A DNA stretch of 64,000 nucleotides from Planctomycetota bacterium. Its GTDB lineage: Bacteria > Planctomycetota > B15-G4 > SIAN01. The DNA lies in the NCBI GenBank assembly GCA_016795285.1, contig JAEUIC010000023.1, positions 1 to 64,000 of the forward strand, in the 5' to 3' direction. Position numbers and translations under genes: made by a program. This document shows positions 48,529 through 58,407 of the stretch, piece after piece. Position 1 is the stretch's first letter, and every line of letters starts with the position of its first letter. A model generated the notes under the pieces. The model was given only the letters and a program-made list of their open reading frames with translations. It was not told the origin of the DNA and searched no databases.

Positions 48529-49977
48529 TCAACGCTCGAGCAGCGTCCGCAGCCGCGAAAGGTGGTCGCGGATGCGGCTGTCGCTGGTGGCCACCTCGTC
48601 GATCTTGCGGATGCCGTGCAGGATCGTCGTGTGGTCGCGGCCGCCGAGCTGCGCGCCGATCTCCGACAGCGACAGCTCGGTCCGCTCGCGCAGCAGGTAC
48701 ATCGCCGCCTGCCGCGCGAAGGAGAGCGCCTGCGGGCGGCGCGGCGAGCAGAGGTCGGCGACGGTCACCTCGAAGTGCTGGCAGATCGCCTTCAAGATGC
48801 GATCGGGCGACGAGGAGGGCCGCTGCAGCAGCGTGTCGTCGTGCAGCGCCGCGCGCGCCGACTTCAGCGTGACCGGCGCGCCGATCAGCTTGGCGCCGGC
48901 GATCACGCTGGTGAGCGCTCCCTCGAGCTCGCGCACGTTGTTGGTCGGCAGCTCGGCGAGGAAGTCGGCCACGTCGGCCGGCAGCGTCTCGCCGCGCAGC
49001 TTCGCCTTGGCGACGACCAGCGCGTGGCGCGTCTCGCGATCGGGAGCGCGCAGCCCGACGCGGTAGGCGCCGGCCAAGCGCGCCTGCAGCGCCGGGTCGA
49101 GGTTCAGCGTCTCGCCAGGCGCGCAGCTCGCCGCGAAGAGGAGCCGCGTCCCGCGATCGCCCCACGCGTTCAGCGTGTGGACGAGCTCGGCCTGCGTGCC
49201 GGTCTTGCCGGCGAGCAGCTGCAGGTCGTCGAAGCAGACGAAGTCGAGGCCGCGCCAGCGATCGCGGAAGCGGCTGGCCGCCTCGGCGCCCTGCGCGCAG
49301 GCGGTCACGAACTCGTTCACGAAGTTCTCGCCGCGCACGTAGGCGACCTGGCGCCCCGGCTCCGACCGAGCCGCCGCCGCTCGCGCGGCCGCCTGCAGGA
49401 GGTGGGTCTTGCCCGTGCCGGTCGCGCCGACGATGAAGAGGGTCGCGAAGTCGACCTGCGGGGAGGTGGCGAGCGACTGCGCCGCCGCCGCCGCTAGCTG
49501 GTTGCTCGGGCCGAGGACGAAGCGCGCGAGGTCGTACCCCTCGGTCAGCGGAAGGTCGCCGCAAGTCCTGACGGAGCCAGGCTTTGCGCTCTTCGCCGCC
49601 GGCGCCGCAGCGGCCGCCGGGAGGGCATTCGCGCCCCCGGAGGTGCGGCCGGTGTCCGCCTTGCCCGCCTTCGCCGGAGCGGTGGCCGGCGCCGTGGTCC
49701 GCCCGTTGGCGGCCTCGGCCCCGTCACGCCCGCCGACCTCCAGATGGAGCTCGCGGGCGCCGCCCAGCACGGTCGCGACCGACTCCTCGACCACGTCGCG
49801 GTAGTAGGTCACGATCCAATCACGGTGGAACTTGCTCGGCACTCGAAGGACTACGCGCTGCTCGTCGAGCTCCGCCAACTGCAAGTTGCGGAACCACGTC
49901 GCGAACTGTTGCGCCGTGGTCTTCTGCTCAATCTTCTCGAGAACAGCCTGCCAAAGAGTGACCGCTTTCGCGGGCAG
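48529..49977 (-). CDS. dnaA: Chromosomal replication initiator DnaA
   Basis: N-terminal LWQAVLEKIE...FATWFRNL, AAA+ Walker A LFIVGATGTGKTHLL, and domain IV ILKAICQHFEVTVADLCSPRRPQALSFARQAAMYLLRE. Start uncertain; MLPAK at 49977 is chosen, and MVGEG at 50004 or M at 50103 are also possible. Confidence 0.9.
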   Translation of the reverse strand: MPAKAVTLWQAVLEKIEQKTTAQQFATWFRNLQLAELDEQRVVLRVPSKFHRDWIVTYYRDVVEESVATVLGGARELHLEVGGRDGAEAANGRTTAPATAPAKAGKADTGRTSGGANALPAAAAAPAAKSAKPGSVRTCGDLPLTEGYDLARFVLGPSNQLAAAAAQSLATSPQVDFATLFIVGATGTGKTHLLQAAARAAAARSEPGRQVAYVRGENFVNEFVTACAQGAEAASRFRDRWRGLDFVCFDDLQLLAGKTGTQAELVHTLNAWGDRGTRLLFAASCAPGETLNLDPALQARLAGAYRVGLRAPDRETRHALVVAKAKLRGETLPADVADFLAELPTNNVRELEGALTSVIAGAKLIGAPVTLKSARAALHDDTLLQRPSSSPDRILKAICQHFEVTVADLCSPRRPQALSFARQAAMYLLRERTELSLSEIGAQLGGRDHTTILHGIRKIDEVATSDSRIRDHLSRLRTLLER

Positions 49978-50337
49978 CATCGGACGGATCCCCTCCCCCA
50001 CCATGGGTCGCCCAACCCAGGCATGCAGGTTCGGAATAGGTTGCGGCCTCGCAGGGGTCGGCGCGCAGCGCACCGGCCTGGGCCCACATGTCGTGCACGG
50101 CATCTGCTGCGGTCGCCCCCGCCTCAGAGCCGTTCTTCGTGAAGGATGTCTCCGCAGCCGGTTGGACGTCCGGTCGCGGCGTGCTGCTCTTCACTGAGAA
50201 GGCACAAGTTCTAGGGGCCGGGATTGAAGGTCGTCAACGACCTCTCCTCGTCGGACCGTTTGCGTCCCGTTCCGTGAGGACGACGCAAGTCGTTGCGCGC
50301 GACGGCTCGACGCGGATGTTGCGACTCGAAAAAAATC

Positions 50338-51495
50338 TCAGCGCGAGCGCAGCGAGACGACCGCTGCGTGGAGTCGTCGCGCCAGCTCTTCGACGTTCGC
50401 GCGCGTCGTCGTGCGTCCCATCGAGAAGCGAAGGGAGCGCGTGGAATGGTCCGCAGCGCCGATTGCCGACAAAACCGGCGAGGGGAGCGCCGCGCGCGTC
50501 GAGCAGGCGGAGCCGTGGCTCGCCGCGACCTCGAGCGCGTCGAGCGCGGCCACCAGCCAGTCGCCGCGCAGCTCCGCGAAAGAGCAGTTGACGAGGCCCG
50601 GCACGCCGTACTCCGTGCTCGAGTGCAGGGTTACGTCGGGCAGCAGCTCGCGCAGTCGCGCCACCAGCAGCGCGGAGAGCTCGCGCAGCGATGCCGCCAG
50701 CGCGTGCAGCTCGGCGCGCGCGGACTGCCACGCGACCGCCGCGGCGACGATCGTCGCGACGTCTTCGGTGCCGCCGCGCACGCCCTGTTCTTGGCGACCG
50801 GGCGAGAGCGGCGTGCCGAGCTCGACGCCGGCGCGACGCGCCAGCACGCCGATGCCGCGCGGCCCGCCGAACTTGTGCGGCGAGAGGACGAGCAGGTCGA
50901 CGCCCAACTCCGGCAGCGCGAGGTCGAGCTTGCCGGCCGCCTGCGTCGCGTCGCAGTGGAAGAGCGCGCCGTGCCCGTGCGCGAGCACGGCCAGCTCCGC
51001 CACCGGTTGCACCGTCCCGATCTCGTGGTTCACGAGCTGCACGCTGACGAGTCCGGTCGTCGGCCGCAGGCGACGCGCGAGCTCCTCCGCCGCGACCCGC
51101 CCGAAGCGGTCGACCGGCAGCGTCTCGAGCTCGATCGCCCCATTGCGGGCGGCGCGCTCGAGCGGCTCGAGGACGCTCGGATGCTCGATGGCGCTGGCGA
51201 GGACATGGCGGCGGTCGCGTGGTAGATCTGAAACCGAGCCGTCGAGGGCGACCAGGTTCGCCTCGCTGCCGTTCCCCAGGAAGAAGAGGTCGTCGCGAGC
51301 GACCCCGAGGGAGTCGGAGAAGGTGCGGCGAGCGCGCTGGAGCGCGGCGCGGGCGTGGCGACCGAAGGCGTGGGCGCTCGAGGCGTTGCCGTAGTCGTCG
51401 CAAAGCGCCTCGAGCAGCGCCGCCTTCGCCTCGGGGCGCAGCGGCGCCGTCGCGGCCCAGTCGAAGTAGAGGCGCTCGCGCGCCGGCCCGCTCAC
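50338..51495 (-). CDS. Cysteine desulfurase-family class-V aminotransferase
   Basis: PLP-lysine motif LLVLSPHKFGGPRGIGVL; persulfide Cys loop SHGSACS. GTG start at 51495 overlaps the bshA stop (GTGA); 385 aa. Confidence 0.75.
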   Translation of the reverse strand: MSGPARERLYFDWAATAPLRPEAKAALLEALCDDYGNASSAHAFGRHARAALQRARRTFSDSLGVARDDLFFLGNGSEANLVALDGSVSDLPRDRRHVLASAIEHPSVLEPLERAARNGAIELETLPVDRFGRVAAEELARRLRPTTGLVSVQLVNHEIGTVQPVAELAVLAHGHGALFHCDATQAAGKLDLALPELGVDLLVLSPHKFGGPRGIGVLARRAGVELGTPLSPGRQEQGVRGGTEDVATIVAAAVAWQSARAELHALAASLRELSALLVARLRELLPDVTLHSSTEYGVPGLVNCSFAELRGDWLVAALDALEVAASHGSACSTRAALPSPVLSAIGAADHSTRSLRFSMGRTTTRANVEELARRLHAAVVSLRSR

Positions 51496-52661
51496 CCGAC
51501 CGCCCCGCGCCCCCGTCGCGCCAGCGCAGCGTGGTAGATGCGCTCGTGGACGGTCAGCACCTGCGCCAAGTCGAACTGCTCGACCGCCCGCTTGCGACCG
51601 CGCGCGCCGAAGTCGCGGCGCAGCGTCGCGTCGGCCAGCAGCGTCTTCAACCGCGCGGCCAGCGCCGGCACGTCGCCGAAGCGGACCAGGAAGCCGGTGG
51701 AGTTGTCCTCGACGACCTCGCGCATGCCGCCCGAGTCGTAGCCGACCACCGGCACGCCGCACGCATGCGCCTCGAGCGCCGCGAGGCCGAAGCTCTCGCT
51801 CTCGCTCGAGACGACCAGCACGTCGGCGAAGGGCAGCAGGTCGTGCACGTCGTCGACGATGCCGAGGAACTGCACGCGCTCCTCGAGCTTCAGCTCCGCC
51901 ACCAGCGCCTCGGCGCCGGCCCGCTCCGGCCCGTCGCCCACCAGCACGAGCTGCGCCTTCGTCCCCGCCGTCGCGTCGGCGAAGGCGCGCACCGTGTCGC
52001 CGAGCCGCTTCACCGGCCGGAAGTTCGAGACGTGCATCACGATCGGCGAGTCGGCGCACGCGCAGAGCAGCGGCGACGTGCGCCCCTCCTTCGGGCGGAA
52101 GCGCGTGACGTCGACGAAGTTCGGGACGACCTGGATCTCCTTGGTCGCGCCGAAGATCCGCTGCGTCTCCTTCTTCAGCCACTCGGAGACGGCGATCACC
52201 TCGTCGCTCTGCTCGATGCCGAAGCGCGTGACGTCGCGGTAGGCGTTGCCGCTGCCGACCAGCGTGATGTCGGTGCCGTGCAGCGTGGTGACGATGCCGA
52301 AGCGGACGCCCGGCATCAGCTGGCGCGCGAGGTAGGCGCTGATCGAGTGCGGGATCGCGTAGTGGACGTGGAGCAGGTCGAGGCGCCGTTCGCCGATCAC
52401 CTCGATCATCTTCGAGGCCAACGCGAGGTCGTAGGGCGGGTACTTGAAGAGCGGGTACTCCGACACCTCGACCAGGTGGCAGAAGATGCGCGGGTGGTAG
52501 CGCGACAGGCGCGGCGGCTTGCTGTAGGCGAGGAAGTGGACCTCGTGGCCACGCTCCGCCAGCGCGACGCCGAGCTCGGTCGCCAGCACGCCGCTGCCGC
52601 CGTGCGTCGGATAGCAGGCGATGCCGATCTTGAGCGGGAAGTCGGTGGAGCCGGCGTTCAT
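51492..52661 (-). CDS. bshA: N-acetyl-alpha-D-glucosaminyl L-malate synthase (GT4 glycosyltransferase)
   Basis: N-terminus LKIGIACYPTHGGSGVLATELGVALAERGHEVHFL closely matches the BshA signature; the C-terminal GT4 EX7E region is present. Confidence 0.75.
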   Translation of the reverse strand: MNAGSTDFPLKIGIACYPTHGGSGVLATELGVALAERGHEVHFLAYSKPPRLSRYHPRIFCHLVEVSEYPLFKYPPYDLALASKMIEVIGERRLDLLHVHYAIPHSISAYLARQLMPGVRFGIVTTLHGTDITLVGSGNAYRDVTRFGIEQSDEVIAVSEWLKKETQRIFGATKEIQVVPNFVDVTRFRPKEGRTSPLLCACADSPIVMHVSNFRPVKRLGDTVRAFADATAGTKAQLVLVGDGPERAGAEALVAELKLEERVQFLGIVDDVHDLLPFADVLVVSSESESFGLAALEAHACGVPVVGYDSGGMREVVEDNSTGFLVRFGDVPALAARLKTLLADATLRRDFGARGRKRAVEQFDLAQVLTVHERIYHAALARRGRGAVG

Positions 52662-52698
52662 GGCGTCCCTTCGTGGAGCGAGCGGCGCGGCGCGGCGC

Positions 52699-53448
52699 TC
52701 ACGGCAGCAAGCTCATCGGATCGGCGATCTTCGGCGGTCCTTGCGTGAAGAACGGCTCGGCGTAGTCGACGCCGACCTGCGCGCCGAAGAAGCGATCGCG
52801 CGCGGCGCGCCGCTCGAGGAAGTCGGGGCGCGACAGCGCGGTCTGCGGCTCGGCGCGCGCCGGATCGTGGAGCTGCGACTGGTGGCAGCGGATCGCGGCG
52901 AGCTTCTTCTCGAAGACCGACGACACGTCGACCACGCAGGTCGGTGCGTGCTGCTCGTGCTCGAAGTACTGCAGGAGGAGGTCGGGGCGATGGCGTTCGG
53001 TGGCGCGCGCGGCGCCCCCCGCCACCGGCTGCCACTTCTTCAGCCCGGCGAGGTAGCGCGCCTGCTTCACCGTCTCGCCGACGATGACGTGGTCGGGGTG
53101 GGCGTCGCTCGGGTAGTTGGCCAGCACGAGGCGCGGCCGGTGCTCGCGGATCAGCTCGACGACTCTTGCGACCGCGAGTTCTCGCACGGCGAGGCCGCTC
53201 GCCGGATCGCGGAACGGCAGGAAGCCGTCGGGCAGCTCGAGGTTGAGGCGCGCCTTCGCGCCCAGCACCCGCGCCGCCGCGTCGGCCTCGGCGCGCCGCT
53301 CGGCCACGCTGCCGCGCGTCCCCATCTCGCCGCGCGTGAAGTCGACCAGCACCACCTCGCGCCCTTGCGCCGCCAGCAGCGCGAGCGTGCCGCCGCAGCC
53401 GATCTCGAGATCGTCGGGGTGGGCACCGAAGGCGAGCACGTCGGCCAT
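52699..53448 (-). CDS. bshB1: LmbE-like deacetylase, likely N-acetyl-glucosaminyl-malate deacetylase BshB1
   Basis: AHPDDLEIGCGGTLA and HPDH motifs of the LmbE/PIG-L family. It lies between bshC and bshA. Start MADVLAFGAHPDD at 53448. Confidence 0.7.
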   Translation of the reverse strand: MADVLAFGAHPDDLEIGCGGTLALLAAQGREVVLVDFTRGEMGTRGSVAERRAEADAAARVLGAKARLNLELPDGFLPFRDPASGLAVRELAVARVVELIREHRPRLVLANYPSDAHPDHVIVGETVKQARYLAGLKKWQPVAGGAARATERHRPDLLLQYFEHEQHAPTCVVDVSSVFEKKLAAIRCHQSQLHDPARAEPQTALSRPDFLERRAARDRFFGAQVGVDYAEPFFTQGPPKIADPMSLLP

Positions 53449-53492
53449 GGAAGGGAGGCTCCGCGGACGAAGGGAGGCGCGGTCAGCGTGGG

Positions 53493-54884
53493 CTAGAGCA
53501 CTGGATGGGGCACGACGCCGTGCTGGTCGGGTTCCCCGCGCAGCTCGAGCAGCGCTTCGATCAGCGCCGGCCCGCGCTGCGCCAGGAAGGGCAGCCCGTT
53601 CAGCGAGCGGTCCTGCGGCTTGCCGCGCGGGCGCAACGTCGCGGCGAGCGTCTTCCAGCGCGCCGTCTCGCTCTGCTCGCCGTCGGCGACCGCGCTGGCG
53701 GCTCGCTCGAGCAGCCCGTCGAAGCTCTGCAGCAGCTGGGTCGCGCGCCGGTCCGCGGCGCTCTTCACGGCGGGACTGAGCGCAAGGAGTTGCTCGACGT
53801 AGCCGGCGACTTCGTGGCGCAGCGCCGCGCCGCGTTCGAGGAGCGGCGAGCGGGCGGGTGGCCCTGCTTCGCGAGCGGCCAGCGCGGCCAGCAGTCGGTC
53901 GGGCGCGAGGCCGAGCTTCCGGGCGGCGCGCGCGGCGGCGGTGGTGAGCAGGGTGGCGTGCGGCCGGCGGACGAGCTGCGGGAAGGGGACGCCGAAGAGG
54001 CGGTGGAGCGGCTCGAGCTGGCGGTAGTAGAGGAGCTCGGTCGGCCCGGCGACGTAGGCGAGTGCTGGGAGACAGCCCGCCTGCACGATCGTCCGCAGCG
54101 CGACGTTGGCGGAGAGGCGCGGCAGCCCGGGCCCCGCGAGATCGAGCAGCGCCGCGCGGCTGATGGTGCGCTCGCCGACGAGGAACTCGCCCGGGCGCGC
54201 GCCGCGACGGACTCGGGTGCGCGCCCCCCTCTCGATCACGAAGAGCGGCGGCTCGTCCTCGACCGGGAGCGGGGCGGCGAGGCCGGCGGCGGCATTGGCG
54301 GCGGCTCCCTCGGCGAGCGCGCGGCCGATCGCGCCGTCGTCGCGGAGCGCCTGATCGAAGAGCGGGCGAGCGGCGGCGGTCAGCTCGCGCGGCTCGATCA
54401 CCGCGGGCGCGTGGGCGCCGAAGAGCTGCCGGAAACAGCGGATGAACCAGCTCGCGAGGGTGTCGCCCGGCTGCGGGAGCCACGGCTCGAGCGGGAAGGC
54501 GGCCGGGTCGATGGCGGCCAGCGTGAAGAGCTCCGCGACGAGCGCTCGGCCCGCTTCGATCGGGACGACAACTTCACTGGCAGCGCCGCGATCCGGCCCG
54601 AGCTCGAGGCGCAACCTCTGGACTTCGTCCTGTCCGTTCACGACGAAGGTGTGGTGGATCTCGTCGAGGTCGTGGTCGTCGGAAGCGGCCCAGAAGAGCG
54701 GCACCACGGGCGCCCCGCGCTCCGCCGTCTGCTCCCGCGCGAAGGAGATCGCCCGCGCCGCCTTGAGCAGGGTGAGCAGCGGGCCCGTGAGGACGCCGAC
54801 CTGCTGTCCCGTGACGACGCAGGCGGCACCGACCGGCAGGCCGGGCAATGAAACGGGACAGCGAGGGGTGGGTGGGGCGACCAT
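53493..54884 (-). CDS. bshC: Bacillithiol biosynthesis cysteine-adding enzyme BshC
   Basis: N-terminal VVTGQQVGVLTGPLLTLLKA (the GQQ motif characteristic of BshC); length about 460 aa; operon with bshB1 and bshA. Confidence 0.65.
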   Translation of the reverse strand: MVAPPTPRCPVSLPGLPVGAACVVTGQQVGVLTGPLLTLLKAARAISFAREQTAERGAPVVPLFWAASDDHDLDEIHHTFVVNGQDEVQRLRLELGPDRGAASEVVVPIEAGRALVAELFTLAAIDPAAFPLEPWLPQPGDTLASWFIRCFRQLFGAHAPAVIEPRELTAAARPLFDQALRDDGAIGRALAEGAAANAAAGLAAPLPVEDEPPLFVIERGARTRVRRGARPGEFLVGERTISRAALLDLAGPGLPRLSANVALRTIVQAGCLPALAYVAGPTELLYYRQLEPLHRLFGVPFPQLVRRPHATLLTTAAARAARKLGLAPDRLLAALAAREAGPPARSPLLERGAALRHEVAGYVEQLLALSPAVKSAADRRATQLLQSFDGLLERAASAVADGEQSETARWKTLAATLRPRGKPQDRSLNGLPFLAQRGPALIEALLELRGEPDQHGVVPHPVL

Positions 54885-55069
54885 CGGGGCGGTGGGTTCG
54901 GGGCTCGGGGATGCCGCGCGAGGCGGGGAGGTTACCCGGGCGGGTGGCGAGGCAGCTGTTCCGCGCGACGAAGCGGCCGGCGCGTCGTACGTTGTCGCGC
55001 CTCGTTCGTGCCGCGCGGGCTCCCCGGCGCTTGGCGGCGTGGACGCGTCCCACCGTGAGGAGCGATTCG

Positions 55070-57253
55070 ATGACTGCCAGCGCCCGGCTCACCCTGTTCG
55101 TGCTCTTCCTCGGGTCGATGACCACGACCGGGCGCGCCCTCGCGCAGGGTCGCGCCCCCAGCGACCGCCGCCCCTTCGACCTCGCCGATGTCTACGGCGT
55201 CGCGCAGGTGCAGGCGCCGGCGCTGTCGCCCGATCGGTCGCGGGTCGCCTTCGCGGTGAAGCGCTACGACGTCGACGCGGGCAGCTCGTGGAGCGAGCTC
55301 TGGTTGGTCGGCGTCGATGGCGCCGGCCTGCGGCAACTCACCTTCGCCAAGAAGGGGGACCGCGACCCGCTCTTCGCGCGCGACGGGCGCTCGCTCTTCT
55401 TCGTCTCGAATCGCAGTGGCAGCGACCAGGTGTGGGCGCTCGCGCTCGACGGCGGCGAGGCGCGGCAGCTCACCGACTGGCCGCTCGGCGTCGATGGAGC
55501 GCGGCTCTCGCCTGACGGCCGCTACCTCGCCGTCACCAGCGAGGTGTGGCCCGATCTGCCGTGCGATGGCGCGCTGCAACAGGCGCGCGATGAGGAGCGG
55601 GCGAAGGGGAAGCTCGACGTCCTGCTGACCGACTCGCTGTTGTATCGCCACTGGACGAGCTGGGAGGACGGCAAGGCGACTCACGTGCTGCTGGTCGATG
55701 CGGCGAGTGGCGCGGTCGTGGGCGACCTCACGCCCGGCCCGTTCGACAGCCCGCCCTTCATGCTGGGCGGCGGGCGCGGCTACGACTTCGCGCCCGACGG
55801 CCGCCACTTCGTCTTCATGTCGAACCACGATCTGGTGCAGGCGACCTCGACCAACGCCGACCTCTTCTGGATCGCACTCGATCGCCCCGAGGCGGCGACC
55901 AACCTCACCGAAGCGTGCGATGGCTGGGACGGCGCGCCGCTCTTCTCGCCCGACGGGACGAAGCTCGCCTACTTGAGCCAGGAGACGCCGGGCTACGAGT
56001 CGGACCTGAAGCGGCTCGCGGTGCTGGACGTCGCGACGCGCAGGACGAGCTACCTCACGGCGCGCGACGGCTTCGACGACATGGTCGGCGAGATGCGCTT
56101 CACGCGCGACGGCGCGACCCTCTTCTTCCAGGCCGAGCAGAAGGGCCGCACGCCGCTCTTCGCGCTGCCGGTGGCGGGCGGCACGCCGAAGAAGGTGCAC
56201 GAGCACGCGTCGATCGACGCGTGGGAGCTCCTGGCCGACGACGGCTCGTTCCTCTACGCGCGGCGCGGCTTCACCGAGCCGCACGAGCTCTGCGTCAAGC
56301 GCGCGGGCGACGCCGCGCCGACCCGCCTCACCGCGTTCAACGCGAAGTACGAGGCGGAGATCGATCTTCGGCCGGCGCAGGAGCTCTGGATCGACGCCGA
56401 GGACGGCAACAAGATCCACACCTTCGTGATCACGCCGCACGGCTTCGATCCGGCGAAGAAATACCCGCTGATCTTGAACGTCCACGGCGGCCCGCAGTCG
56501 CAGTGGCAGGATTCGTTCCGTGGCGATTGGCAGGTCTATCCAGCGAAGGGCTACGTGCTGGCGTTCGCCAATCCGACCGGGTCGACGGGCTACGGCCAGA
56601 AGTTCTGCGACGGGATCGGCGGCGATTGGGGCGGCCGCGTCTACCGCGATCTGATGAAGGTGACCGACGCGCTGGCGGCGCTGCCGTATGTCGACTCGCA
56701 GCGCATGGGCGCGATGGGCTGGTCGTACGGCGGCTACATGATGATGTGGATGCAAGGCCACACCGACCGCTTCCAGTGCCAGGTCGCGATGATGGGCCTC
56801 TACGACTTGAGGAGCTTCTACGGCGCCACCGAGGAGCTCTGGTTCCCGAAGCACGACTTGCGCGGCGAGCCGTGGAGCAGCGACCACTTCGAGCAGTGGT
56901 CGCCGTCGAACCACGTCGCGCAGTTCAAGACGCCCGCGCTGGTGATCACCGGCGAGCTCGACTTCCGCGTCCCCTACACGCAGAGCCTGCAGTACTTCAC
57001 CGCGTTGCAGGAGCGGGGCGTGCCGTCGCGCTTGGTCGTCTTCCCGAACGCCGGCCACTGGCCCGGCTGGCAGGAGATGCTGTTCTATTACGGAGCGCAC
57101 GTCGACTGGTTCGCGCGCCACCTCGGCGGCGAGCCGCTCGACCGCGACCTGAACGATTGGGCGCGGATGCGGAAGATGCCGGCGAAGCCGGCGAAGCCGG
57201 CGATGCGCGCGGGCGCGGCCGGCGCGGCCGGCGGCAGCGCGAGCGGGAGCTGA
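55070..57253 (+). CDS. S9-family serine peptidase (prolyl oligopeptidase/acylaminoacyl-peptidase-like), secreted
   Basis: Signal peptide MTASARLTLFVLFLGSMTTTGRALAQG, a beta-propeller region, and GWSYGGYM (GxSxGG) with downstream Asp and His in an alpha/beta-hydrolase domain. Confidence 0.8.
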   Translation: MTASARLTLFVLFLGSMTTTGRALAQGRAPSDRRPFDLADVYGVAQVQAPALSPDRSRVAFAVKRYDVDAGSSWSELWLVGVDGAGLRQLTFAKKGDRDPLFARDGRSLFFVSNRSGSDQVWALALDGGEARQLTDWPLGVDGARLSPDGRYLAVTSEVWPDLPCDGALQQARDEERAKGKLDVLLTDSLLYRHWTSWEDGKATHVLLVDAASGAVVGDLTPGPFDSPPFMLGGGRGYDFAPDGRHFVFMSNHDLVQATSTNADLFWIALDRPEAATNLTEACDGWDGAPLFSPDGTKLAYLSQETPGYESDLKRLAVLDVATRRTSYLTARDGFDDMVGEMRFTRDGATLFFQAEQKGRTPLFALPVAGGTPKKVHEHASIDAWELLADDGSFLYARRGFTEPHELCVKRAGDAAPTRLTAFNAKYEAEIDLRPAQELWIDAEDGNKIHTFVITPHGFDPAKKYPLILNVHGGPQSQWQDSFRGDWQVYPAKGYVLAFANPTGSTGYGQKFCDGIGGDWGGRVYRDLMKVTDALAALPYVDSQRMGAMGWSYGGYMMMWMQGHTDRFQCQVAMMGLYDLRSFYGATEELWFPKHDLRGEPWSSDHFEQWSPSNHVAQFKTPALVITGELDFRVPYTQSLQYFTALQERGVPSRLVVFPNAGHWPGWQEMLFYYGAHVDWFARHLGGEPLDRDLNDWARMRKMPAKPAKPAMRAGAAGAAGGSASGS

Positions 57254-57317
57254 CGAAGCGCGCGCGCGAGGAGCGGTGCGGTGGTGGTGCGCAGCGCGAA
57301 GCGCTCGCTGCGCTCGA

Positions 57318-58265
57318 TCACCGCCCCGCCACCGCCGCGCGGATCGCGTCGCTCGCGCTGATCGCTGCCGCGCGGGCGAGCTCGGCGAAGCGGGCGGCGC
57401 CGCCGCTCTTCTCCTGTTCTTTCCAGGCGAAGAGGACGCCGCGCGACGAGTTGACGACGGCGCCGCCGCCGCGGGCATCGAAGCAGCAGGCGACGTCGGC
57501 GGCCGTGCCGCCCTGCGCGCCGTAGCCGGGCACCAGGAAGAAGGTCTTCGGCAGCTCGCGGCGCAGGAGCGCGCCCTCGTCGGGGTGGGTCGCGCCGACG
57601 ACCGCGCCGACATCGCTGTAGCCGCTCGTGCCGACGTTGGTGGCGCCCCACTGCTCGAGCAGCGCGCCGACGCGGCGGTAGAGCGCGCCGCCGCTGTTGG
57701 CGACGCCCGGCCCCGCGGCGCCGACGTCCTGGATCTCCTTGCCGGAGGGATTCGAGGTGCGTGCCAGCACGAAGACGCCGCGGCCCTTGGCGCGGCCGAC
57801 CTTGAGGAACGGCTCGATGCCATCGACGCCGAGGTAGGGATTGAGCGTGACCGCGTCGACCGCCGAGCCGTCGTCGGGGCCGAGGTGGCCCTTCGCGTAG
57901 GCGGCCGCGGTCGAGCCGATGTCGGCGCGCTTGATGTCGCCGATCACGAAGAAGCCGCGGCGGTGCGCCTCGCGGACGATCTCGAAGTAGAGCGCGTAGC
58001 CGTCGGGGCCGAGCGCCTCGAAGAAGGCGATCTGCGGCTTCAAGCACGGGACGACGCCCTCGAGCGCGCCGATCACGTCGAAGAGGAAGTCGCGCACGTG
58101 GAGCAGGACGCCGCGCCCTTTCGGGTCGGGCGGCAGCTGCTCGTAGTGGGGATCGAGGCCGACGCAGATCGCCGAGCGGCTCTTCTGGCAGAGTTCGGCG
58201 AGACGATCGAAGCAGTGGCTGGTCGGCACGCGCGCGCTCCATCCGTTGGCTGTCCGCCGCCTCAT
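57318..58265 (-). CDS. pyrF: Orotidine 5'-phosphate decarboxylase, type 2
   Basis: ICVGLDP, KPQIAFFE and DIKRADIGSTA motifs. Start MRRRTANG at 58265; a nearer GTG start is possible. Confidence 0.75.
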   Translation of the reverse strand: MRRRTANGWSARVPTSHCFDRLAELCQKSRSAICVGLDPHYEQLPPDPKGRGVLLHVRDFLFDVIGALEGVVPCLKPQIAFFEALGPDGYALYFEIVREAHRRGFFVIGDIKRADIGSTAAAYAKGHLGPDDGSAVDAVTLNPYLGVDGIEPFLKVGRAKGRGVFVLARTSNPSGKEIQDVGAAGPGVANSGGALYRRVGALLEQWGATNVGTSGYSDVGAVVGATHPDEGALLRRELPKTFFLVPGYGAQGGTAADVACCFDARGGGAVVNSSRGVLFAWKEQEKSGGAARFAELARAAAISASDAIRAAVAGR

Positions 58266-58407
58266 CGCCGCGAACGCGCGCGATCGTAACGCCCGCCGCC
58301 GCCCCCCTCTCGCGCGGTGGCGGGGTTGATTCTTCCGCCACGGTGCCGGGCACGATTCTTCCGCCCACCCACGTCGCGCGCCCTCCACCGCACGGTCCCG
58401 ATCGCAC

